NCBI GenBank assembly: GCA_030613025.1
Contig: JAUWMT010000003.1
Span: 14,752-78,751 of the forward strand
Reading direction: 5' to 3'
DNA: 64,000 nt
From: Candidatus Cloacimonadota bacterium
GTDB taxonomy: Bacteria > Cloacimonadota > Cloacimonadia > JGIOTU-2
Shown: in pieces, positions 19,040-27,339 of the stretch
How the letters are laid out: each line of letters opens with the position of its first letter
How positions within the stretch are numbered: the first letter of the stretch is position 1
The notes under the pieces: model-generated
What the model was told of the DNA's origin: nothing
Databases searched by the model: none
The model's input: the letters and a program-made list of their open reading frames with translations, nothing else
Translations under genes and position numbers: made by a program

Positions 19040-22000
19040 TCATTTTCTCAATAAATATTCTTGTGTTCCAATTTTATAAAAATAAATTCCTGAACGAACT
19101 TCCTTTCCTTTTTCATCTTTGCAATCCCAAATAATTTCATGAATTTTTAACTTTGAATTTTTAATTTTTAATTTTTTCACAAGTTGACCTTTTACATTAT
19201 AAATACTAATTTGGGATAATTCGAGTGAATTCGTGGTTGCAAAAAAGTGTATTGTTGTTGAAGTTTTGAAGGGATTTGGATAGTTCCAGGTTTCTAATCC
19301 TACATTATTATTCTGGGGGTGAATTGAGACGATAGGAATTTGGTAGGTGAAGTATTCATCAAAACCGATGTTGCCATCTACGTTTCCTGAGGGAAGTTGC
19401 CCAACCAAAGTTCCACTATCACTGGTTTCATATTCACCAATTGCGATAAAGAAGCTGTCCACTTCTCCAAGCTCAGAATCAATCGAGAAATATCCTTCGA
19501 GTACAGTATTGAGTGCTGCTCCAGTAGTTCCTTCATTATCAAACCATGCATGGTAGCCGTTCGAACCTTCCTGGGCAAGAAATAGATCCCACTGGGCTAC
19601 CTGTCCTGCTTTTGCCCACGGTGCTGCGGTCATTTGTGTAAGTTCACTGGAAATGAGCATAAACAGATCAGTTGTACTTCCTGCAGGGGTGCATGCAACG
19701 TAGCACCAATCTTCATCAACTGCTGCCCAGAGCTCGATTTCTGAGGAAAAAGCAACAAGCTCTGCCTGAGCATCGACAACGCCGTTCATAATAAAAGGAA
19801 CACTTGCTCCTTGCACCTGCACATGCCAGTCCTGCCCATTGTTATTATCCCAGTTGCCCTGTCCGTCATGGAAACAGAAATCAACTACTGTAGTACCGCT
19901 TTCAATTGTGAAGGTAAACACCCAAACTGAATCCTGCGCATTGAAGGTCATTGCAAAATCATCCACATTCTGCCAGCAATTCATACCTTTATGAATTTGT
20001 AATTGAGTCACATCATACAAAGGTCCTTCCGCTCCATAGGTAATGTTGAGCTCATCTCCGACTTCCGACTCTTCCGGACTCCACTGTACATAGTCCTGCA
20101 CAGAGACACCGCCTGAACCAACATATACATGCTGGATCGGAGACTTCTTCACATTGCTATGGTTGTCTTCAGCTTGGACATAATAATCAATCAAACAGTC
20201 TGAATACCCTGCAATTTCTGCATAGTATTCATCAGCAATATAGTCCGGAAGTACAAAGAAATCAATTGCAGGATTGCCTGTTACATTACCTGTGGGAAAA
20301 TCTCTCACAGACATTATTATTGAATTCCACGAGCCCACTTCCGAACCGCCTGCATAGGTTTCATTATCATAAGAAGTTAGAGAATTTTCTCCGTCATTAT
20401 CAATACGGAATTTTAATTCAACTGATGAGAGTCCGGACACATCATACACAAAAGTCCATACATGGAAATCGCTTGAATTTTGATGAGTTTGATAGCCATA
20501 TATCGGACCAAAACCTTCTCCGCCGGGATTGTAAGGAAATCTTTGAGGAATGAAAATTGTGGGTGCAACATCGTCTTCACCCGGATTGGCATCAATTTCA
20601 TAATCTGCATACTCTACTGCGTTGTTGCATGCAATGGTCTGCTTCACTTCCATATCCAGCGAAGTGCCGTAATACATATATCCACTTGTAAGAGAAGGCA
20701 GGAAGAAATGCCATGCCAGTTCTGCATTATTTGCACTTGCATTCGGATACACGATCTTGCTAATATCAACTGAGCCAATTAGCTCTTCTGCTGTTTCCAC
20801 CCTGTTCTGAGCCGCGGTTATCACTGCCCAATTGCGCACATCCTCGGTCCAACCATAAGGATCGAACCGATAATTTCCATTATACATAGGCCATATCCAG
20901 TTTATGAACTGCGGATGCCCCCAATCATTGGCGGCGTTCACCCAGCTTCCGTCTTCCACATGCACGATGTCGTTTGAAGGAACGGGATTGTTATCAAGAA
21001 ATTGCTGAACTGTCGAGGGAATGTATCCCTGCGATGCTGCTGCGTTTGCAAAATTCGGCACTGAATTCATATAGTAATCGTATCCGCCACCCCATGCATT
21101 ATCGCCGTCATGTGCAAGGAGTACGATGCTCGGATGTGAAGGGTCATTATAGGGTGCAATATGAGAATCGATCTCGCCGGTTCCCATTGAAGAATAGCCG
21201 TTCATATAGCTGAGAAGATCGCACATAGGCACGACATTGATAGTATATACCTGTTCGGTTTCAGGATCGACATACTGAGCTTTGTGTGCCTGATAACAGA
21301 ATGGTGCAGCAAAAGTGCCACCTCTGCCATCGATCTGACCACTCCACCAATTGCTTCCGACAGGTCCGAGAATATCTGCCGGATTGGGTGGATCAATATT
21401 ACATCCCGAAGTTCCATAACTAAGCGGGTAATCCTGGCAAGTCCGTGCAAGATGGCTGTTCGCGATAACCGACCATTCGAGTCCTTCCTCCGCAAGCGTT
21501 TGAATAATTCTCTCAGAGAAAGAGCATTCTGCAGGCCAGAATCCTTTTGAATATACCGGGTCATTTCCGAAGAATTGTGAGTAAATATAGCGGTGAGCTT
21601 GAATTTCTTTATGCAGTGCGTTCTCATCGATGAGCGGTGCAAGTGCATGATGAAAGGTGAAGGCAGTAATATCCATTCGAGGATTCCCGCCTGATGTCTG
21701 CCATGAACGAGCAGTCTGGAAATTGCCCTGCCATCCGGAGTTGTATCCCCATTGGACGGCTTCTGCCAAACTTTGCACATTTTCAATAAGGCAGCCGGAA
21801 TAGTTCACTTGTGCTCCTGCGTCTGCATGGACGAGGAGGGTTTGCACTGCGTCTTTTGGGCGCCATTGATACGCGGCAACTCTGTCATCCTTGTTGAATA
21901 TATCCTCAAGATCATTCAAGGGATGCTGAAGCCCGTCGGAATACCAGTTGCCATTGTTCTGCTTTAGCCATTGGGACTCCCGGCAGGTTTGGTAACGGTA

Positions 22001-22132
22001 CGTATTCCATGTGCCTTTGTCGGGCCAGTAGATCGGTTGCTGAAGGTGCCATAGATAGGTAGTATGTACCGGAGCGGATACCCCGGTGTTTGATATAATG
22101 AGCAGCAGTACAAAGAGAATCGTTTTTTTCAT
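19040..22132 (-). CDS. Secreted GH57/GH119-like alpha-glucanase with CBM25-like module and CTD
   Basis: WHLQQP, FWPAE (nucleophile-like), AHDGDN; FCFHDGQGNWDNNNGQDW CBM25/53-like; NYPNPF CTD. Confidence 0.75.
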   Translation of the reverse strand: MKKTILFVLLLIISNTGVSAPVHTTYLWHLQQPIYWPDKGTWNTYRYQTCRESQWLKQNNGNWYSDGLQHPLNDLEDIFNKDDRVAAYQWRPKDAVQTLLVHADAGAQVNYSGCLIENVQSLAEAVQWGYNSGWQGNFQTARSWQTSGGNPRMDITAFTFHHALAPLIDENALHKEIQAHRYIYSQFFGNDPVYSKGFWPAECSFSERIIQTLAEEGLEWSVIANSHLARTCQDYPLSYGTSGCNIDPPNPADILGPVGSNWWSGQIDGRGGTFAAPFCYQAHKAQYVDPETEQVYTINVVPMCDLLSYMNGYSSMGTGEIDSHIAPYNDPSHPSIVLLAHDGDNAWGGGYDYYMNSVPNFANAAASQGYIPSTVQQFLDNNPVPSNDIVHVEDGSWVNAANDWGHPQFINWIWPMYNGNYRFDPYGWTEDVRNWAVITAAQNRVETAEELIGSVDISKIVYPNASANNAELAWHFFLPSLTSGYMYYGTSLDMEVKQTIACNNAVEYADYEIDANPGEDDVAPTIFIPQRFPYNPGGEGFGPIYGYQTHQNSSDFHVWTFVYDVSGLSSVELKFRIDNDGENSLTSYDNETYAGGSEVGSWNSIIMSVRDFPTGNVTGNPAIDFFVLPDYIADEYYAEIAGYSDCLIDYYVQAEDNHSNVKKSPIQHVYVGSGGVSVQDYVQWSPEESEVGDELNITYGAEGPLYDVTQLQIHKGMNCWQNVDDFAMTFNAQDSVWVFTFTIESGTTVVDFCFHDGQGNWDNNNGQDWHVQVQGASVPFIMNGVVDAQAELVAFSSEIELWAAVDEDWCYVACTPAGSTTDLFMLISSELTQMTAAPWAKAGQVAQWDLFLAQEGSNGYHAWFDNEGTTGAALNTVLEGYFSIDSELGEVDSFFIAIGEYETSDSGTLVGQLPSGNVDGNIGFDEYFTYQIPIVSIHPQNNNVGLETWNYPNPFKTSTTIHFFATTNSLELSQISIYNVKGQLVKKLKIKNSKLKIHEIIWDCKDEKGKEVRSGIYFYKIGTQEYLLRK

Positions 22133-22140
22133 TTTAAATC

Positions 22141-22190
22141 CTCTCCCTTTGATTCCCTCTCCTTGCGAAGGAGAGGGTTAGGGTGAGGTG
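22141..22190. repeat. REP-like palindrome (CCCTCTCCTT-GCG-AAGGAGAGGG..GGGTGAGG family)
   Basis: Hairpin 22155-22177; related motifs at about 17422-17456 and 54081-54111. Confidence 0.6.
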
Positions 22191-22245
22191 AAAAATCAAA
22201 CCCGGCTACCACACTATGTGATAGCCAGGTCTGTTTGTATAATCA

Positions 22246-23625
22246 TCAGTCGATCATTAATTTTTTGGTTTCTTGATAATCTTCGGTCTTGAGCTGATAG
22301 AAATAAATACCGCGTCCAAAATTCTCAGTATTCCATTCAACTGTGTAATTATTCACCACACGATCATCATTGACCACTTCTGCCACACGCTGTCCAAGCA
22401 CATTATAAATATTCAACTGCACAGGACGAACTGTTCCTTCCATTCCGCCAAGACAGAAATTGAATGTGACAGACTGTCCCATTCTTGCAGGATTCGGAAA
22501 ACTTGGAAGCAAGTTTGAGTTTATAATATTCATCTCACCATTCTGATCAACATCGATAGGTGTAAACTCGATCGAGCCGTAAAGATCATTCGTTCCACCA
22601 AAGTTCACCACTTCAAGCCAGTAATAGTAGGTTGTATAATAAGGATCAGCACTGAGATCAGTAAATTCGTATGTATGAGGAGTGGTAGTGGTTCCATGTC
22701 CGGGGATAATGGAAGTATTTACTTTTTGAACAGTTGAGAAATCATCCTCTTCGGAACGGAAAATGTTATAGCCAATAACATCTGTCTCTGTAGCGGTCTG
22801 CCATGAAACAGTTACAAATTCATTCACATATACTGCAGTGAATGCAGAAAGTTCGACAGGAAGAGTGTAATATGATGAATGATATGGACCGCCACTCAAA
22901 GTTGAATAATCGGGATTATTACCAAGATCTCCTGAAGGAGGGGTACCTGGTGCACAATCCTGACAGAACCATCCAGTATTACTGACAACCATTCCAAAAG
23001 CAGCCAATGTTCCAGATGAAGTAACACCTAACTCAGCAAAAGGAATTGCAAACTCAACACCATGATCTCCGGTGTTATCATTATTTACAGCAAAGGCAAC
23101 TGAATTTTCACTAAATATACCAGCAGGAGATGGTCCAGTAGCTGACGTACCAACCTGATCACATGTGCCGATGTATGATGGAAACCCTACACCTGCATTA
23201 AATACTAATGCATCAAAATAAACATTTGTTGCTCCACCTCCAGTATTCCAGGCAAACATATAGTCTACTTCAAAATCTGCTTTATAATCATTATTACCAG
23301 TATCACCCATATAACTACCTGCACTGGCTGTTCCTCCAAGAGAAGTTCCTGCGGGCATTCCAGTTAATTGGTTGAATCCAAGCCATAAACCAAAAGCATT
23401 AGAACTACCTGTACAAAGATTGCCAACTAAACCAATGTACAATACATTAGCTACTACGTCAGGATAATAAACAATTTTATCAATGTTCATACCCCAAGTA
23501 CCTAATCCATTTCCCGTAGCTATTTGCACATATTCAGCATCGCTCATATCGCCATCGATTGTTGGTGCTCCATATGCAAATGAAGCAATGAATAATAACA
23601 CAACTAAAACACTAATTTTTTTCAT
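22246..23625 (-). CDS. Secreted CTD protein with DOMON/CBM9-like domain
   Basis: Signal peptide; PTIDG..LYIG..EFAIPF..LG; TLPVELSAFTA; FPNP..YNVLGQ..GIYFY CTD. Confidence 0.8.
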   Translation of the reverse strand: MKKISVLVVLLFIASFAYGAPTIDGDMSDAEYVQIATGNGLGTWGMNIDKIVYYPDVVANVLYIGLVGNLCTGSSNAFGLWLGFNQLTGMPAGTSLGGTASAGSYMGDTGNNDYKADFEVDYMFAWNTGGGATNVYFDALVFNAGVGFPSYIGTCDQVGTSATGPSPAGIFSENSVAFAVNNDNTGDHGVEFAIPFAELGVTSSGTLAAFGMVVSNTGWFCQDCAPGTPPSGDLGNNPDYSTLSGGPYHSSYYTLPVELSAFTAVYVNEFVTVSWQTATETDVIGYNIFRSEEDDFSTVQKVNTSIIPGHGTTTTPHTYEFTDLSADPYYTTYYYWLEVVNFGGTNDLYGSIEFTPIDVDQNGEMNIINSNLLPSFPNPARMGQSVTFNFCLGGMEGTVRPVQLNIYNVLGQRVAEVVNDDRVVNNYTVEWNTENFGRGIYFYQLKTEDYQETKKLMID

Positions 23626-23726
23626 CTTAATTCTCCTTAAAGTTTTTTTTGTGGGTTAACAAATTTGAATCACAAACCTTCCAAAGAAATTAACATTCCT
23701 ATCTACCTATCTAAGATATTTCCAGT

Positions 23727-26700
23727 TTATTTATGTAAATACACTACCTTCTCGGTACAATATTCTGAAGAAGTGGAAAGTTGAATGAGATATACACCGG
23801 AAGTTATTTTTCTGCCCATAAGATCGCAACCGTTCCAGGTAAGTGAATGTGATCCCTGTCTGAGTTCATTTTCTACCAGAGTACTTATTCTCTGTCCTTT
23901 TATATTAAATATTTCAATACTTACTTTTGAGGGCTGGCGCACATAGTAACCGATAACGAGCTGTTCATAGAATGGTGAGGGATGTGGAGATGAAAGGGTA
24001 AGATTGACTTCCTCTTGAGGATACTCCGACTCATCGACCGACACGCCTGCAACTTCCGCCCAGACGAAATTTTGTGACATATCATAATGAAAATATACAT
24101 CGCTGTTCGCAATCAGACTCAAAAAGAGATTTTCCCCTGTAGTATTTTGATCCCAGTTGTTATTGAGCACGATCTTGTATTCATATTCACCTGATGGGAT
24201 CGCACCAAAGAAAGTGTAGATGCCATCAAAGGCAGCAGCATCACCATCAATACCCTCATCGTTCATTTGTGTAAGAGTGGTTTCCTGATTCCAGTCAATC
24301 CCACCGATCTCAGAGAGAAAATCTCCTACAACCAGAGGAGGATTAGGACTATGAAAAACATACTCGTCATAATTCTTTTCTCCCACCATAATACCACAGT
24401 TCGCATAGATGGTTACCACGGAAGCATCTCCAAGGACAAAGGATTGATTTTCGCCGGGCCAGTCATTGCCATCCCAGCTATTGCTTTCTATGACTTTATA
24501 ATTGTATGAACCTGCAGGAAGCGACAGAACCGCCTGCCACACACCATTATCCATGAGCATCAGATCGTAATCATGATTGCTAGGAGTCCAGCTATTCATA
24601 CTGCCAACAATATGGGGAATGATTATTTCTGTGACTGTGGCAGTATCATAATCTGGATCAATGACATTGCCATGCAGATCTTCTATATTTGACACAACCA
24701 CGTCGCCAAAATCTCCAGTCAGGAAGGTTTCATTTATTGTGATTGTAACTTTTCTAATATGTGACAGCTTTATATTATCAATTGAATAGGAACCCGTGAA
24801 ATTTTCAAATGAGTAATTGGCTACATTGACTGCACTTGTTTCTTCGACTGGTTCGTTATATATGATTTGCAACTTATTATCGCTTACAAGGTATGCTTCT
24901 CCATTCACGATGCGCGGAGCATAGGTATCCTGAAGCTCATCAGCAAGGTCGTCCAGTTCAACTACTTTATTATTATTAACATCATATGGCTCGCTCGTAA
25001 ATCCTGCAAACAGGTATATCACAAAGCTGCCCTGCCCTCTTATTTCATCACCTTTAACAAGGGTGCCTTCAAACTCAGTATTGAATTCTGCGCCAGCATC
25101 TCCGAGAACTATCGCAGCAGTTGCGCCTGATGAGGAATTTCTCTGTCCGCAGTATTCACCCCAGTCACCCCACATTCTCTGCAGATTGGATTTTCCTGAC
25201 CATATCAGATCGAGCAGATCGGGCGACCAGCCGGATTTTATATATCCTGTTTCGTAGCCAAAATTGTACTCAACTGTTAGATGTGAATCACCAGTTTGAA
25301 GAGAAACAACTTTGCTTACTTCATTCTTCATCAATGTCGCCTGCACGCTATCACCAGTTCCTGTATTCACAACCATTGCATAGAGATCATGCTGATAATT
25401 TGGAGAGACTTCGGACAGTGCTGCAACGTGATTATTCGAACTTTCATTATAATCACCGTCAGTTTCAGACCAATATGCCACATCCGAGCCGACGATAGAA
25501 TAACAATTGCCGTAACCATCTTTGACGAAGATCCAGTTTGCCTTTCCACCTATAGTTTCGAACACATAAAATGCCACATCATTATACATGATAAGCTCGT
25601 CAACACCATCCCGATCTATATCAGACAAATAGGATGCAGTGGTTTCTGTGTAGTCGCCATTCGCCCATCTGGATGCTTCTGCATAGACATTTGCATTTTT
25701 CATGTGAGCTGAGTAACGGTGTTCCCAATCAGCTATCTCACCGCTTGTATGCCAGCCGGTTTCATGAAGATTTATCATAAGCGTGTACCAGGCAAGTTGA
25801 GAAAGTCCGTTATCGGGACATGTTATGATATTGTTATATACATCATTCCATACATACCCGTAGGTCCATTTTGGCGAATGATAATCCGAATGAGATTCAG
25901 CAGCAGCCCAATTTATATACCAACTGTTATTACTTCCTCCGTAACCGTCGCCACCGCCAAGGAGTCCATAGGTGCCTGGGGTAATATCAAAGCTAATTCC
26001 ATTGAAGTCAGTATTTGCCAATGCGTCATCGAGCTTCCATACATTGATTGCATTATCATGGCAGTACCAGAGTACGCTTTCATAATTATCCAGAAAGAAG
26101 GTATTATGATGCTCGTTCATTTCAGCTGCAACTTCCCAGTCCGTTCCGTACACAGCAAGTTCGTACTGCCCCTGGGAGCTGATATAATTCTTTGCACCAT
26201 TAGCATCATAGTGCATTTTGCCGACGAATTCATTATCAATTGGAATTACGCGCAAGTTAATGCTGCTTCCACTACTCATCCAATGAATTTTATTTTTATT
26301 AACATTCCAGCAGTGTGGACTGTCATCGAGAATAACTGCATCGACATCGTACTGTTCCCAGTTATCTCCAAGCCAGTCGATCACACCTGCTTCGGGATAT
26401 TGTCCGGGATTGAGCCATACACGTTCGGGAATCCAGGCAACATGCGGAATATAATTATAGCGGTAATCTACCATATCGCATTCGATATTCACTGACCAGT
26501 TATTCATATCATTCTGCATAAAAGGCATAATGTGCTGTCCGAGCGCTGAGGTAAGCATTGCCACCCATCCTTCTGAAGCGCCGGTTTCCAACCAGTCATT
26601 GAATTCCGGATTATGCCATTCCGCAGCAGGCATGAGTGTTCCGGACATGTGAAAATTGCCGGGAATATTTGTCGCCTCATGCACTTCGAGCACTTCGTCA

Positions 26701-27314
26701 AAACCACTTGTTTCCTGGGGATCCTGTCCGTAAAAGACTTCAGTATAGGTCAATCCCTGATTGCCGTGATGTACAAAAGCACAGTTACCTCCACGATACT
26801 GAGTGTTTCCTTTACTGATAAAACTATCTACAAGAATATCATCAATAAGAATATCAACTTTGTAGGTGAGCTGCTCTTTGGAAAATTTATGTATGAAGGG
26901 TGTTGAGCACTCTGCCAAATTGAATGTGGGTGTTCGAAGTATCTTTTCACCTCCGGTTTTCTCAAGAAGAGATTTCAGGGGAAATGTATGCTGACAGATT
27001 ACCTTATTCTCTTTACCTGCAAACAAACTTATTCTTGCAAAAATATCCTTATCCAAAAAATTATCTTTTACTACCTGATTGTGCGAGCGCTGTACCATAT
27101 CATCAAAAGTGATGCGTATAAAGAGAATTTCATTTTCGATACGGGAAAAAACAGAAGTTATATCTCCGCAGGATGCTGCACAGTCACCGACTTCATCAAA
27201 GCCGATAAAATCTTCTTTTTGCCAGACGGAAACATCTCCGGTTATGTCAAATGCGTATGCATTGATGGCGACAAGAAGAAAAACCATCAACACTGCTGAT
27301 AATTTTCTATTCAT
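23727..27314 (-). CDS. Secreted multimodular GH57 amylase/amylopullulanase with X25/CBM-like modules and CTD
   Basis: FVHHGNQ (CSR1), WIPERVW (catalytic Glu), YGTDWE (catalytic Asp); VGSMNSW..YNYKV and VGDF..YEYKIV modules; CTD. Confidence 0.8.
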   Translation of the reverse strand: MNRKLSAVLMVFLLVAINAYAFDITGDVSVWQKEDFIGFDEVGDCAASCGDITSVFSRIENEILFIRITFDDMVQRSHNQVVKDNFLDKDIFARISLFAGKENKVICQHTFPLKSLLEKTGGEKILRTPTFNLAECSTPFIHKFSKEQLTYKVDILIDDILVDSFISKGNTQYRGGNCAFVHHGNQGLTYTEVFYGQDPQETSGFDEVLEVHEATNIPGNFHMSGTLMPAAEWHNPEFNDWLETGASEGWVAMLTSALGQHIMPFMQNDMNNWSVNIECDMVDYRYNYIPHVAWIPERVWLNPGQYPEAGVIDWLGDNWEQYDVDAVILDDSPHCWNVNKNKIHWMSSGSSINLRVIPIDNEFVGKMHYDANGAKNYISSQGQYELAVYGTDWEVAAEMNEHHNTFFLDNYESVLWYCHDNAINVWKLDDALANTDFNGISFDITPGTYGLLGGGDGYGGSNNSWYINWAAAESHSDYHSPKWTYGYVWNDVYNNIITCPDNGLSQLAWYTLMINLHETGWHTSGEIADWEHRYSAHMKNANVYAEASRWANGDYTETTASYLSDIDRDGVDELIMYNDVAFYVFETIGGKANWIFVKDGYGNCYSIVGSDVAYWSETDGDYNESSNNHVAALSEVSPNYQHDLYAMVVNTGTGDSVQATLMKNEVSKVVSLQTGDSHLTVEYNFGYETGYIKSGWSPDLLDLIWSGKSNLQRMWGDWGEYCGQRNSSSGATAAIVLGDAGAEFNTEFEGTLVKGDEIRGQGSFVIYLFAGFTSEPYDVNNNKVVELDDLADELQDTYAPRIVNGEAYLVSDNKLQIIYNEPVEETSAVNVANYSFENFTGSYSIDNIKLSHIRKVTITINETFLTGDFGDVVVSNIEDLHGNVIDPDYDTATVTEIIIPHIVGSMNSWTPSNHDYDLMLMDNGVWQAVLSLPAGSYNYKVIESNSWDGNDWPGENQSFVLGDASVVTIYANCGIMVGEKNYDEYVFHSPNPPLVVGDFLSEIGGIDWNQETTLTQMNDEGIDGDAAAFDGIYTFFGAIPSGEYEYKIVLNNNWDQNTTGENLFLSLIANSDVYFHYDMSQNFVWAEVAGVSVDESEYPQEEVNLTLSSPHPSPFYEQLVIGYYVRQPSKVSIEIFNIKGQRISTLVENELRQGSHSLTWNGCDLMGRKITSGVYLIQLSTSSEYCTEKVVYLHK

Positions 27315-27339
27315 CGTTACCCCATTTCTCAGGAAAGAT

